Source: Candidatus Gorgyraea atricola (lineage in GTDB: Bacteria > Omnitrophota > Gorgyraeia > Gorgyraeales > Gorgyraeaceae). From it: a DNA stretch of 64,000 nt. Below the pieces are notes generated by a model. The model made no database searches. It had not been told where the DNA came from and worked only from the letters and a program-made list of their open reading frames with translations. Of the stretch, positions 1 through 9,766 are shown piece after piece. Made by a program: the position numbers and the translations under genes. Numbering within the stretch: the first letter of the stretch is position 1; each line of letters opens with the position of its first letter. The stretch is taken from contig JAVCCW010000029.1 in NCBI GenBank assembly GCA_030765235.1, positions 140,939 to 204,938 on the forward strand, read 5' to 3'.

Positions 1-879
1 CATGCCAAGGTGAAATTGGGGCATGATTTGCATATTGAACCTAATGAGAATATTTTAAATGCATTGGCCGAATATAAGAAAATAATCAGAGATGAATTCA
101 AATCCACTTCTAAAATAGAATTATTTTTCAAGACAAAAAATATGAAAAAGACTGAAAAATTTAATATCTATCAAGCGCTCGCAAAGGTAATAAAGAAAGG
201 CGATGAAATAGAAATATTTCTAAAACCTTCAACTGATATCCCAGATTATGTAACACTATTTGTTATGAAAAACCTTATCAAAGTCTTTGAGTCAGAAGAT
301 TATGCTTTAGGTACTAGTGGCAAAGGCATCAAAGACAGCGCTTCTGAGTTAAAGCAGATGATCTGGTATTTTAAAAAATTTAATTTTAAATCCCAGCATG
401 AACTTTTATCAATTTTATCAATTCGAGAATTTGCAAAGGGGCTACTTGAAAAAGATTTACCAGAACTCAAGAAGGCATATGTAGAATATTTCGAACATTA
501 TTCTAATAATACTAAGGATGTAAAAACTAAGGAGGAGGATTTTAGGATTAAATATAGGATTGCTCGTGAGAAAATTCTAAGCTTTTTCGGAAATCATAAA
601 TTTAATATAGATAATGATGCTGAGTGTTACTTGAATGAGAGCCTTAAATTTCCACTTCATGTCATAGGTTTATATTTAGCAAATTTGCCGCGTAAGTGGG
701 GATTTAAAAAAAATAGATTAACAAAATCAATAAAAGAAAAGTTTGAAGATATAAAGGAAGGAATCAAGGAGTTTGAAATAAATCTTTCTATTCTATCTAC
801 CATAGAAAATATCCCAGTCGGACTAGATAATTATAAAGACTTTCTTGCGCATTGTAGATCTGCGCAAGTAAACATGTAA
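1..879 (+). CDS. Hypothetical protein, AT-rich, probably the C-terminal part of a longer ORF that begins upstream of the window
   Basis: The ORF track gives 10..879. Frame 1 is open from nt 1, so the ORF may continue upstream. Lys/Glu-rich, no recognised motifs. Codon usage is more AT-rich than the housekeeping genes. Confidence 0.4.
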   Translation, partial: HAKVKLGHDLHIEPNENILNALAEYKKIIRDEFKSTSKIELFFKTKNMKKTEKFNIYQALAKVIKKGDEIEIFLKPSTDIPDYVTLFVMKNLIKVFESEDYALGTSGKGIKDSASELKQMIWYFKKFNFKSQHELLSILSIREFAKGLLEKDLPELKKAYVEYFEHYSNNTKDVKTKEEDFRIKYRIAREKILSFFGNHKFNIDNDAECYLNESLKFPLHVIGLYLANLPRKWGFKKNRLTKSIKEKFEDIKEGIKEFEINLSILSTIENIPVGLDNYKDFLAHCRSAQVNM

Positions 880-913
880 CAAGCCCTCCTAAAAAAATCT
901 AAAAAAAATTGAA

Positions 914-1121
914 CCCCATTCCAAATTCTGAGTGATGCGCGATTTATTTTTTGGAACTACTTGCGTGCAATTCTAATGGATTACTTGGTGATCTTTAAGA
1001 ATTTGGAACGGGGCACGCCCCATTCCAAATTCTGAGTGATGCGCGATTTATTTTTTGGAACTACTTGCGTGCAATTCTAATGGATTACTTGGTGATCTTT
1101 AAGAATTTGGAACGGGGCACG
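914..1121. repeat. Two tandem 104-bp repeat units (family A), each with 15-bp inverted ends CCCCATTCCAAATTC...GAATTTGGAACGGGG
   Basis: Seen directly: the unit at 914-1017 is repeated almost exactly at 1018-1121. A third, diverged copy lies at 15082-15185. Confidence 0.9.
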
Positions 1122-1280
1122 CCCCACAGCCCTAAAAAAAATTGAAAGAAAATAAGGCACTTGATGTGTCTTATATGTATGAGGGCACGGATTATGTGTA
1201 TTGGTCAAAGTATACTTTTTCTTACTTTTACTTTACAAAGCATACCTTTCATGGTATACTCATATTGGAGGTGGTAAACT

Positions 1281-1505
1281 ATGAAGGGTGTATTTTCAAT
1301 AAAAATCGAGAAGTCTCTGATTCACATGATCAAAGATTTTTGTCATTCTCACGGACTTAAACAAGGTTTTTTCGTAGAAAAGGCCCTGCGGGAGCAGCTT
1401 CAGCGCGAGGAGATGATAGAGGACATGATCGATTTTAAAAAGCTGCGTCTTGATGAGAAGTCCGCAATAGATTTCGATGACTATCTCAAGAAGCGAAAGG
1501 CATGA
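1281..1505 (+). CDS. Ribbon-helix-helix antitoxin (CopG/ParD-like)
   Basis: 74-aa acidic protein with an N-terminal beta-strand/helix pattern typical of RHH (KIEKSLIHMIKDF...). Overlaps the downstream RelE-like toxin by 4 nt (ATGA). SD GGAGGTGG lies upstream. Confidence 0.65.
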   Translation: MKGVFSIKIEKSLIHMIKDFCHSHGLKQGFFVEKALREQLQREEMIEDMIDFKKLRLDEKSAIDFDDYLKKRKA

Positions 1506-1756
1506 AATATAAATTAAAGATTATCCCTAAGGCTCAAAAAGACCTTGATGATATGATAGGTAAAGATTTTGATTTTATCAAAAGAAGGATCCTATTCTTA
1601 TCAGATAATCCCAGACCTTTTGGATCTAAGAAACTCACAAATGAACAAGGCTATAGAGTCAGAGTGGGAAATTTCAGAATATTATATCGTATCAATGACT
1701 CCTTAAAAGAGGTTATCATCTACAGAGTAAAGCATAGAAAAGACGTTTATCGTTAG
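1502..1756 (+). CDS. RelE/ParE-family type II toxin
   Basis: 84 aa with GYRVRVGNFRILYRIN...EVIIYRVKHRKDVY, the characteristic RelE/ParE C-terminal motif. Translationally coupled to the upstream RHH gene. Confidence 0.8.
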   Translation: MKYKLKIIPKAQKDLDDMIGKDFDFIKRRILFLSDNPRPFGSKKLTNEQGYRVRVGNFRILYRINDSLKEVIIYRVKHRKDVYR

Positions 1757-1846
1757 TCATCTTTCAAGCCCCCCTAAAAAAATCTAAAATATTTGAAAGA
1801 AAGTGGGGTAGTTAATGTGTCTTATATATAAGGAGAGGAACCCCTA

Positions 1847-1875
1847 TTGACATTACGTACGTAATATGGTACGCT
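1847..1875 (+). promoter_or_regulatory. Putative promoter (TTGACA) overlapping a perfect 14-bp palindrome ATTACGTACGTAAT, a likely YefM/YoeB autoregulatory operator
   Basis: TTGACA at about 1847, followed directly by ATTACGTACGTAAT at about 1852-1865, then a G-rich SD and the ATG at 1893. Confidence 0.4.
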
Positions 1876-1892
1876 TTAAGTAGAGGGGGGGG

Positions 1893-2144
1893 GTGATTGA
1901 TATGACGACGCTTACTGCTAGTGAAGCTAGGGCTAATCTGTATAAACTGCTGGATAAATCAGCTGAGTCGCATGAGCCTATTCAGATATCAGGTAAAAGG
2001 CATAATGCTATCCTTATATCAGAAGAGGATTGGCGAGCGATTCAGGAGACCCTGTATCTTCTCTCGATACCGGGCATGAGGGAGTCTGTTCGCAAGGGAC
2101 TGAAGACTCCTATTAAGAAGTGCAGCAAAAAATTAAAATGGTAG
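1893..2144 (+). CDS. yefM: Phd/YefM-family antitoxin
   Basis: MTTLTASEARANLYKLLDK...PIQISGKRHNAILISEEDWRAIQETLYLLS is a classic YefM N-terminal pattern. Confidence 0.85.
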   Translation: MIDMTTLTASEARANLYKLLDKSAESHEPIQISGKRHNAILISEEDWRAIQETLYLLSIPGMRESVRKGLKTPIKKCSKKLKW

Positions 2145-2404
2145 AGTGGAAACTTGTTTATATAAAACAGGCTCAGAAAGATGCCAAGAAACTTTCTAAG
2201 GCAGGCCTGCGGCCAAAGGCCGAGGCTGTACTCGAGATCCTAAAACATAATCCATTCCAGACCCATCCTCCTTTTGAAAAATTAGTAGGTGATTTAAAAG
2301 GCGCTTATTCCCGCAGGATAAACATTCACCATCGCATTATTTATCAGGTGATAAAGCGATACAAAGTAGTGAAGGTCATTCGCATGTGGACTCATTATGA
2401 ATGA
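2138..2404 (+). CDS. yoeB: YoeB/Txe-family toxin (mRNA interferase)
   Basis: Internal ATG at 2138 gives MVEWKLVY...AYSRRINIHHRIIYQV..VKVIRMWTHYE, YoeB-like. The track ORF starts at 2120, but the 2138 start gives the usual 4-8-nt overlap with yefM. Confidence 0.8.
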   Translation: MVEWKLVYIKQAQKDAKKLSKAGLRPKAEAVLEILKHNPFQTHPPFEKLVGDLKGAYSRRINIHHRIIYQVIKRYKVVKVIRMWTHYE

Positions 2405-3497
2405 TGCAGAAAGATTCCTTATCCTTAACATGATCGAGGACTTGGGGAGTATTAGGACGCAGGCGCTCTTAGAGTGTTTTGGGTCGGCAGGGAAGATCTT
2501 TAAGGCTGGGCAAAAGGATCTTGAGGGAGTAGGGGGAATTGGCTCTAAGATCGCGCCTAAGATATGGCATGGTATAAGAGAAATAGATGTGTCTAATGAG
2601 TTGGAGCTAATCAAAAAGAACAATATAAAGATTATAACCCTATTAGACAAGGACTATCCTAAGAACCTTAAGAATATCTATGACCCGCCAGTGGTTCTAT
2701 ATGTGATGGGCGAGATCATTTCTGAGGATGATCTGGCAGTGGCGATAGTTGGGTCGCGGCGCGCATCTTTTTACGGCATGAAGACTGCTGAGAGGCTTGG
2801 ATTTGAGTTAGCCGCGAGAGGCGTTACAGTTGTCTCAGGCCTGGCAAGAGGTATTGATTCAAGTTCACATAAAGGCGCTTTAAAGGCAAAAGGCCGCACA
2901 CTCGCGATCCTGGGCTCAGGCCTTATAAATATATATCCTGAAGAGCATAGGATTCTCGCGGAAGAGATCTCAGAGAATGGCGCTGTGATCTCTGAATACC
3001 CAATGCTTACAATTCCTGACAAGGGCAATTTCCCAAAGAGGAACAGGATCATAAATGGCTTTTCCAAGGGAGTAGTCGTAGTAGAGGCAGCCGAGCGCAG
3101 CGGCGCGCTCATTACAGCTGATTGCGCGCTGCAGGAAGGCAGGGAGGTCTTTGCTGTCCCTGGCAAAGTAGACTCAAATACCTCAAAAGGTACTAATAAA
3201 CTGATCAAACAAGGCGCAAAACTCGCTGAAACCGTAGAGGATATACTCGAGGAATTGAACCTATCCGACCGCGTAGGTCGAATAGGTATATATAATAATA
3301 AAGAATATTTATCTCCTAGATTGGACAAATGCGAGAGTTTGGTGTATAATCTTTTAACCAGCGAACCTCAGCATATAGATGAGCTATCTTGCGCGCTCAA
3401 GCTGAGAGTGAGCGAGATATCGAGTATTTTATTGAATCTCGAGATAAAGAAGTTCGCAAGACAGCTACCAGGAAAGAATTTTGTAAAGGAGAATTAA
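2397..3497 (+). CDS. dprA: DNA processing protein DprA (Smf)
   Basis: Rossmann-like DprA core VAIVGSRRAS.YG...GVTVVSGLARGIDSSSHKGAL, then GAVISEYP. Conserved dprA-topA linkage. Confidence 0.9.
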   Translation: MNDAERFLILNMIEDLGSIRTQALLECFGSAGKIFKAGQKDLEGVGGIGSKIAPKIWHGIREIDVSNELELIKKNNIKIITLLDKDYPKNLKNIYDPPVVLYVMGEIISEDDLAVAIVGSRRASFYGMKTAERLGFELAARGVTVVSGLARGIDSSSHKGALKAKGRTLAILGSGLINIYPEEHRILAEEISENGAVISEYPMLTIPDKGNFPKRNRIINGFSKGVVVVEAAERSGALITADCALQEGREVFAVPGKVDSNTSKGTNKLIKQGAKLAETVEDILEELNLSDRVGRIGIYNNKEYLSPRLDKCESLVYNLLTSEPQHIDELSCALKLRVSEISSILLNLEIKKFARQLPGKNFVKEN

Positions 3498-5477
3498 ATG
3501 CCTAAATCACTTGTAATAGTTGAATCACCTGCCAAGGCAAATACTATAAATAAGATACTGGGCAAGGACTATGTAGTGCGTTCTTCAATGGGCCACATCG
3601 TAGATCTGCCAAGCTCTAAGATGGGCATAGACGTGGAGGATGATTTCAAGGCCCAGTATGTCACGATACCCAGGAAGAAAAAGCAGGCCGCTGCCTTAAA
3701 AAAGGAAGCAAAGGGCATGGAAAAGATATTTCTCGCAACTGATCCTGATAGAGAGGGCGAGGCCATAAGCTGGCATCTTTGTAATCTCTTTGGGAAGAAG
3801 AAAAATATATACAGGATAGCGTTTCACGAGATCACAAAGGACGCGATTAAAGAAGCGTTCAAGCATCCTGGGAAGATCGACATTGATAAGGTTAACGCGC
3901 AGCAGGCAAGAAGGATGTTAGACAGACTTGTTGGGTATAGCATCAGTCCGCTTCTCTGGAGAAAGGTCGGAAGAGGGCTTTCAGCAGGAAGGGTGCAGTC
4001 AGTGGCTGTAAGGATGATCGTTGAAAGAGAGAATGAGATAAGGGCTTTTGTGTCGCAGGAATATTGGGACGTGGAGGCAGAGCTGGAAAAATCAAAGGTG
4101 CCAGATTCGAAATTCACTGCAAAGCTCGATAAGGTAGATGGAAAAAAGATAAAACTTTCAAAACAGCCTGAAGCAGAAAAGATAGTCGCTGATTTAAAGA
4201 AAGAGGATTTTGTTGTCTCAGATGTGCAGAAAAAGCAGAAGAAAAAATACGCGCAGCCGCCTTTTACCACATCAAAGCTCCAGCAGGACGCGTTTTACAA
4301 ATTACGTTTTCCCGCGTCAAAGACCATGAGTATCGCGCAGCAGCTGTATGAAGGCCTGAATATAGGCGAGGAAGCCAATGAGGGCCTTATCACATATATG
4401 CGAACTGATGCTGTGAGGCTATCAAAGGATTCCACAGAGGCTGCAAAGAGTTATATAACTAAAAAATACGGCAAGGACTATATACCTGCCACGCCTAATA
4501 AATTTAAATCAAAGAAGGGCGCGCAAGAGGCGCACGAGGCCATAAGGCCGACATTGCCATTACGCGAACCAGAGAGCGTAAAGAGTTACTTGAGCCAGGA
4601 TCAGTACAAGCTTTATACGCTTATATGGAATCGTTTTGTATCCAGCCAGATGTCTCCCGCGGTATTTTCAGTGATGAGCGTGGAGATAAAAGCAGGCCGA
4701 TGTATCTTTAAAGCACAGGGATCGCAGAAGATCTTTTCTGGTTTTAGCGTTGTCTATGAAGTGGCAGAGGAAAAAGAAAACAATAATAAGGGAGAAAAGA
4801 TCCTACCAGCTTTAGAGGCCAATGAAAAACTCGTTCTTATAAAACTAGACCCCAGCCAGCATTTTACAAAACCTCCAGCGAGATTTTCAGACGCGTCCCT
4901 GGTAAAGGCTCTGGAAGATCACGGCATAGGAAGACCAAGCACTTACGCGCCTATTCTTTATACAGTGGTTGCCAGGAATTATGTAAAACGGAAAGAGGGG
5001 TATTTTCATCCATCTGAATTAGGTATGGTAGTGACTGATCTTTTAATGAAGAATTTTGCGGATATCCTGGATTATAAATTTACAGCAAAGATGGAAGAAG
5101 AGCTGGATGAGATCGAGGAAGGCAAGAAGCAGAAATTAGAGATCATGAAGGCTTTTTACGGGCCTTTTGAGAAAGATCTTGCGTATGCGAAGGTAAACAT
5201 GAGAAAGGTCAAGGGTGAATCTGTTCCCACTTCTGAGATCTGTGAAAAATGCGGAAAGCCAATGGTAATAAAATGGGGCAGGCTTGGCAGGTTCCTCAGC
5301 TGTTCTGATTTTCCAAACTGTAGATTCGCAAGGCCGATCCCGACAAGCGTGACTTGCCCGGAATCAGGCTGCGGCGGCAGGCTTATTGAAAGGCGTTCTA
5401 AGCGTGGCCGGCATTTCTATGGCTGCTCAAACTATCCAAAGTGCAGATTTATGACGCGCAGGCTGCCCTCACCCTAA
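3498..5477 (+). CDS. topA: DNA topoisomerase I
   Basis: N-terminal TOPRIM LVIVESPAKANTINKILG...SSMGHIVDLP and C-terminal zinc ribbons (CEKCGKPM..., CPESGCGG...). At 659 aa it is short but complete in domain order. Confidence 0.9.
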   Translation: MPKSLVIVESPAKANTINKILGKDYVVRSSMGHIVDLPSSKMGIDVEDDFKAQYVTIPRKKKQAAALKKEAKGMEKIFLATDPDREGEAISWHLCNLFGKKKNIYRIAFHEITKDAIKEAFKHPGKIDIDKVNAQQARRMLDRLVGYSISPLLWRKVGRGLSAGRVQSVAVRMIVERENEIRAFVSQEYWDVEAELEKSKVPDSKFTAKLDKVDGKKIKLSKQPEAEKIVADLKKEDFVVSDVQKKQKKKYAQPPFTTSKLQQDAFYKLRFPASKTMSIAQQLYEGLNIGEEANEGLITYMRTDAVRLSKDSTEAAKSYITKKYGKDYIPATPNKFKSKKGAQEAHEAIRPTLPLREPESVKSYLSQDQYKLYTLIWNRFVSSQMSPAVFSVMSVEIKAGRCIFKAQGSQKIFSGFSVVYEVAEEKENNNKGEKILPALEANEKLVLIKLDPSQHFTKPPARFSDASLVKALEDHGIGRPSTYAPILYTVVARNYVKRKEGYFHPSELGMVVTDLLMKNFADILDYKFTAKMEEELDEIEEGKKQKLEIMKAFYGPFEKDLAYAKVNMRKVKGESVPTSEICEKCGKPMVIKWGRLGRFLSCSDFPNCRFARPIPTSVTCPESGCGGRLIERRSKRGRHFYGCSNYPKCRFMTRRLPSP

Positions 5478-5478
5478 T

Positions 5479-5526
5479 CCTTTCCCACTGTAGCCCAGGT
5501 TTAAACCTGGGCTACAGTGGGAAAGG
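5479..5526. repeat. 48-bp perfect palindrome with a PmeI core (family D, extended copy)
   Basis: CCTTTCCCACTGTAGCCCAGGTTTAAACCTGGGCTACAGTGGGAAAGG lies between topA and xerC. The same core recurs at about 16244, 33203, 35924 and 57282. Confidence 0.9.
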
Positions 5527-5539
5527 GAATAAAGTTTAT

Positions 5540-6415
5540 ATGCTAGAGCGGTATATCCAGAAGTTCATGACCTATCTAAGGATCGAGAAGAATGCCTCGC
5601 AGCATACCATTACGAACTATCAGATAGACCTCAAGGAGTTTGACGGATCGATCAAGGAAAAAGCGCTGGAGAAGATCTCACATGTGGATGTAAGGCTTTT
5701 TCTGGCGCGCATGAAGGAGAAGAGTTTTTCAAAAAGGTCTGTTGCCAGGAAGATGGCGTGCTTGAGGAGTTTTTTTAGATTCCTATGCAGGGAGGGATAT
5801 ATCAAGGCAAATCCTGCCACAGGTCTTCAGACGCCAAAGCTGGAAAAAAGGCTCCCGATTTTTTTAGATATAGACCAGGTGGTAATGCTTATTGAGTCGC
5901 CTGATACCTCTGATGTGTATGGAGTAAGGGACAGGGCGATACTCGAGACACTTTACTCTAGCGGAATACGCGTGAGCGAACTCGTAAGCCTTAATAGAGA
6001 CAGGGTGGATTTTATAAGTGGTGTTCTAAAAGTATATGGCAAGGGTAAGAAAGAGCGACTCGCGCCAGTGGGTGACAGGGCATTGAGGGCAATGCGGAAT
6101 TATCTGGAGAAGCTTGGCAGTTCGAGCATAAAGGATAAAAAAGCGGTCTTTGTCAATAAGAGCGGACGCCGCATGAGCGACAGGGCAGTGAGGCGCGTGA
6201 TAGATAAATATATACGAAAAACAAGTCTTAGCGAAAAGATATCACCGCATTCTCTGAGACATTCTTTCGCGACGCATCTTTTGGACAGGGGCGCGGATCT
6301 GAGGTCTGTACAGGAGCTTTTAGGGCACGCGAATCTGTCTACGACGCAGATCTATACGCACGTTACAACAGAGCGTTTAAAGTCGATCTATGACAAGGTG
6401 CACCCGCGCGCGTAA
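5540..6415 (+). CDS. xerC: Tyrosine recombinase XerC/XerD family
   Basis: HSLRHSFATHLLDRGADLRSVQELLGHANLSTTQIYTHV catalytic region. Start moved to the internal ATG at 5540 (MLERYIQKF...), because the track start at 5441 reads through the palindrome. Confidence 0.85.
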   Translation: MLERYIQKFMTYLRIEKNASQHTITNYQIDLKEFDGSIKEKALEKISHVDVRLFLARMKEKSFSKRSVARKMACLRSFFRFLCREGYIKANPATGLQTPKLEKRLPIFLDIDQVVMLIESPDTSDVYGVRDRAILETLYSSGIRVSELVSLNRDRVDFISGVLKVYGKGKKERLAPVGDRALRAMRNYLEKLGSSSIKDKKAVFVNKSGRRMSDRAVRRVIDKYIRKTSLSEKISPHSLRHSFATHLLDRGADLRSVQELLGHANLSTTQIYTHVTTERLKSIYDKVHPRA

Positions 6416-6437
6416 ATTGTGTAAGGTGTAATGTGTA

Positions 6438-7046
6438 ATGAAAAAGGCAGTGATACTACTTTCAGGTGGAATGGATTCAGCAGTTACGCTTTTTCTTGCG
6501 AGAAAAAGAGGATACAAGGTCTACTGTCTTATTTTTGATTATGGACAGAGGCATAAAAAAGAGATAGGCTTTGCTAAAAGATTAGCAAAGTCAGATTATT
6601 TTGTATTAAAAATTAAGCTACCCTGGAAGAATAGCGCGCTATTAGACAGGAAAATCAAAGTCCCTGAGAATAGAAAGTCTTCGGGCGTGCCTGTTACATA
6701 TGTCGCTGCCAGGAATACGGTCTTTATTAGTTTTGCGCTCTCATTCGCAGAGGCAATAGGCGCAAAGGCCATTTTTATTGGCGCAAATGCAAGGGATTTT
6801 TCAGGTTACCCTGACTGTAGACCCCTGTATTTTAAGAAATTCAATGAGCTGGTAAAGAAGGCGACAAGGTCCAGGGGAATAAAAATAGAAACACCGCTTC
6901 TTTACAAGACAAAGAAGGAGATAGTCTCTATTGGGAAAAAACTCGGCGTACCTTTTGAACTTACATGGTCATGCTACAAGGGCGATAGAAAACCGTGCCT
7001 CAGGTGCGATGCCTGCAGGCTAAGAGCAAAGGGGTTTAAATTATGA
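6438..7046 (+). CDS. queC: 7-cyano-7-deazaguanine synthase QueC
   Basis: N-terminal PP-loop VILLSGGMDS and DYGQRH, plus a C-terminal Zn cluster CYKGDRKPCLRCDAC. Confidence 0.85.
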   Translation: MKKAVILLSGGMDSAVTLFLARKRGYKVYCLIFDYGQRHKKEIGFAKRLAKSDYFVLKIKLPWKNSALLDRKIKVPENRKSSGVPVTYVAARNTVFISFALSFAEAIGAKAIFIGANARDFSGYPDCRPLYFKKFNELVKKATRSRGIKIETPLLYKTKKEIVSIGKKLGVPFELTWSCYKGDRKPCLRCDACRLRAKGFKL

Positions 7047-7720
7047 GTAAAGCCAGGATCATAGAGATGTTTACTTCTATCCAGGGCGAAGGGCTTTATG
7101 TGGGAGAGAGACAGCTCTTTATCAGGTTCCATGGATGCAATATCTCCTGCAGGTTCTGTGATGAGAAAAAAAGGAAGAAAGACGAATTTTCAGAATACGA
7201 GGCCTCTGAACTCATAAAGGAGATCGTGATATCCGGCAAGAGAAATATCTCTCTTACAGGTGGCGAGCCGCTGTTACACGCGGATTTCTTAAGAGAAGTG
7301 CTCCCAGCTTTGAAAAAGGAGAACCGAAGGATATACCTTGAGACAAATGGTATATTGACAGCCGAGCTTTTAAAGATATTGAAGTATGTGGATATAATAA
7401 GCATGGATTTCAAGCTTCCTTCCTCAACCGGCCTAAGGCCATACTGGGATGAACATTCTATTTTCCTAAAAGAAGCGGCTAAGAAAGAGGTGTTTGTGAA
7501 ATCGGTGATTATTTCTCAGACACTTTTATCAGATATCAATACAGCCGCGTCTATAGTCGAGAAAGTAGATAAGAATATAACCTTTATACTTCAGCCAGCA
7601 AGCAGCAATGGTGGCTTGGAAAAGATAGATCTATTACCGATTTTCTTTGAAAGCGCGAGGGAGAGACTGTCTAATGTCAGAATAATACCGCAGATGCATA
7701 AATTTTTAGGAGTAAAGTGA
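7043..7720 (+). CDS. queE: 7-carboxy-7-deazaguanine synthase QueE (radical SAM)
   Basis: EMFTSIQGEG.YVG...FIRF.GCNISCRFCD, the QueE N-terminal signature. Translationally coupled to queC. Confidence 0.8.
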   Translation: MSKARIIEMFTSIQGEGLYVGERQLFIRFHGCNISCRFCDEKKRKKDEFSEYEASELIKEIVISGKRNISLTGGEPLLHADFLREVLPALKKENRRIYLETNGILTAELLKILKYVDIISMDFKLPSSTGLRPYWDEHSIFLKEAAKKEVFVKSVIISQTLLSDINTAASIVEKVDKNITFILQPASSNGGLEKIDLLPIFFESARERLSNVRIIPQMHKFLGVK

Positions 7721-8529
7721 TGCGCACTGTAAATAGTGATCTCATAGTTAAGGCAGTCAAGGGGCTTTGCATAAAGGCAAACCTCGAGCTGCGGCCAGAT
7801 GTACTTTCTGCGCTTAGGCGCGCAAGAAAAAAAGAAACCAGCGCCAAGGCGAAGCGTATGCTGGATATAATTATATATAATGCCGCGATTGCTAAACGCA
7901 AACGCCTTCCTATATGTCAGGATACAGGCATGGTGGTCGTGTATCTGGAGATAGGCCAGGATGTGAGGATAAAAGGTGATGTTAATAAGGCTGTGGCAGA
8001 CGGCGTAAGAGGTGCATATAAAGACGGTTATTTCAGGAAGTCTATTGTAAGGGATCCATTGATGCGTACCAATACCAATACAAACCTGCCGCCAGTAATT
8101 CATGTAAAGCTCGTTTCTGGGAACAAGATAAGGATAGCCCTTGTAGTAAAGGGGTTTGGTTGTGAGAATGCCTCAAGGACCAGGATGTTCAGGCCCACTG
8201 ATCCCGGTTCTTCTATTGTGAATTTTGTAGCTAGCATCATTAAAGAGCTGGGTTCAAAGGCATGCCCTCCTATGTATATAGGTATTGGTATAGGAGGTAC
8301 GCTTGATAAAACAGTGTCTCTTTCCAAAGAGGCAATACTGCGGCCAATAGGCAAGCATAATAGAAAAGCGCACATTGCGAAACTAGAAAAAGAAATACTA
8401 AAGAGAGTCAATAAGAGGGGAATAGTGTTGGGTGTGAGTATCTTGACATACCCGACGCACATTGCAGGGCTGCCAGTTGCGGTAAATATTAGCTGTCATG
8501 CTACAAGGGATGCGAAGAAAGTAATTTAA
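7717..8529 (+). CDS. Class I (Fe-S) fumarate hydratase / tartrate dehydratase alpha subunit
   Basis: PICQDTG motif and the overall alpha-subunit pattern. Confidence 0.75.
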   Translation: MMRTVNSDLIVKAVKGLCIKANLELRPDVLSALRRARKKETSAKAKRMLDIIIYNAAIAKRKRLPICQDTGMVVVYLEIGQDVRIKGDVNKAVADGVRGAYKDGYFRKSIVRDPLMRTNTNTNLPPVIHVKLVSGNKIRIALVVKGFGCENASRTRMFRPTDPGSSIVNFVASIIKELGSKACPPMYIGIGIGGTLDKTVSLSKEAILRPIGKHNRKAHIAKLEKEILKRVNKRGIVLGVSILTYPTHIAGLPVAVNISCHATRDAKKVI

Positions 8530-8577
8530 GTTAGCTTTCAGCTGTCAACCTTCAGCTATCAGCTAAGATAATAAATT

Positions 8578-9063
8578 ATGAAAAAGATAAAGCTACCTTT
8601 AACAAAAGCTGTTATAAAAAAACTGAAGCCTGGGGAGTGGGTCTTGTTGAATGGACCTCTTCTGACTGCTCGTGACGCGGCGCATAAAAGAATGGTTGAG
8701 GCAAAGAGATCGCCTGTTTCAATTAAAGACGAGACCATCTATTATACTGGGCCTACGCCTGCGAGAAAAGGCCAGGTTATTGGTTCTTGCGGCCCGACTA
8801 CAAGCGCGAGGATGGATGTATTTACACCTGCATTGTTAAAGCAAGGCCTTCTTGGCATAATTGGAAAAGGCGAGAGGTCAAAAGATGTAGGCCGGGCAAT
8901 AAAAAAATCTGGCGCAGTATATTTTATTACAATTGGCGGTGCTGGCGCGTATTTATCTGAAAAAGTGTGTTCGAGCAAAGTCGTAGCATATAAAGATCTC
9001 GGTACAGAAGCGATCCGTAGGTTAATAGTAAAAGATTTCCCGGCAATAGTAGCTATTAAATAA
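8578..9063 (+). CDS. Class I fumarate hydratase / tartrate dehydratase beta subunit
   Basis: [12 protein letters not shown]...GPTTSARMD is typical of the beta subunit. Confidence 0.75.
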   Translation: MKKIKLPLTKAVIKKLKPGEWVLLNGPLLTARDAAHKRMVEAKRSPVSIKDETIYYTGPTPARKGQVIGSCGPTTSARMDVFTPALLKQGLLGIIGKGERSKDVGRAIKKSGAVYFITIGGAGAYLSEKVCSSKVVAYKDLGTEAIRRLIVKDFPAIVAIK

Positions 9064-9073
9064 TGGAGGATGT

Positions 9074-9766
9074 ATGAGGAAGATAAAGATAAAGAAGAAC
9101 ACCATGAGATTTGCAGAAGGTTCATGCACTATAGAGGTCGGCAATACAAAGATTATCTGCACTGCGTCTGTGGAAAACAAGGTACCACCTTTTTTAAGAG
9201 GCAAAGGTACTGGCTGGGTAACAGCAGAGTATGGCATGCTTCCGCGCTCGTGTGGCACTAGGATACGAAGGGAGTCGTCAGCTGGTAAGCCCAGTGGCCG
9301 CACACAGGAGATACAGCGTCTTATTGGGAGGAGCTTGCGCTCAGTAGTCGATCTTAAAAAACTGGGCGAGAGGACTGTGTGGATTGATTGTGACGTGATA
9401 CAGGGCGATGGCGGTACGCGTACCGCGAGCATTACTGGAAGCTTTATCGCGCTTATAGAGGCGCTAGTTTTTTTAAAAAAGGAAAATATTATAAGTGAAA
9501 TCCCTGTGAATGATTATATCGCTGCAGTGAGCGTGGGAGTTGTCGACGGGAAATTATGCCTGGACTTGGACTATGAAAAGGATTCAAAGGCAGAAGTCGA
9601 CATGAATGTGGTTATGACAGGCGCTGGTAAGCTCGTTGAAGTGCAGGGTACAGCAGAGAAGAACCCGTTTTCCAAAAAAGAGCTGGATAAGATGATCTTG
9701 CTTGCGGAAAAAGGGATCAAAGAACTTATTGGTATTCAGCGAAATGTTTTAAAGATAGATCTGTGA
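9074..9766 (+). CDS. rph: Ribonuclease PH
   Basis: [21 protein letters not shown]...[13 protein letters not shown]...[41 protein letters not shown] aligns along its length with E. coli RNase PH. Confidence 0.9.
   Translation: MRKIKIKKNTMRFAEGSCTIEVGNTKIICTASVENKVPPFLRGKGTGWVTAEYGMLPRSCGTRIRRESSAGKPSGRTQEIQRLIGRSLRSVVDLKKLGERTVWIDCDVIQGDGGTRTASITGSFIALIEALVFLKKENIISEIPVNDYIAAVSVGVVDGKLCLDLDYEKDSKAEVDMNVVMTGAGKLVEVQGTAEKNPFSKKELDKMILLAEKGIKELIGIQRNVLKIDL

Noticed and set aside
914-1121. CRISPR array or integron attC sites as an explanation for the tandem 104-bp repeats
   Set aside because: Only two contiguous units with no unique spacers, and a unit length of 104 bp. There is no cas gene or intI, and the repeats are not placed between every cassette. 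A dispersed MITE/REP-like family explains it better.
1142-1360. ORF 1142..1360 (72 aa)
   Set aside because: It covers the promoter/SD region of the RHH-RelE operon and overlaps the RHH gene out of frame. No coding signal.
5441-5539. Upstream extension of xerC from the track start at 5441
   Set aside because: The extension translates the 48-bp palindrome (SHCSPGLNLGYSGKG). The internal ATG at 5540 gives a canonical XerC N-terminus.
2294-5820. Minus-strand ORFs from the track inside dprA/topA/xerC (2294..2650, 2771..3328, 3569..3766, 3824..4270, 5620..5820)
   Set aside because: They lie entirely antisense within strongly supported conserved genes and have low-complexity translations. They are shadow ORFs.
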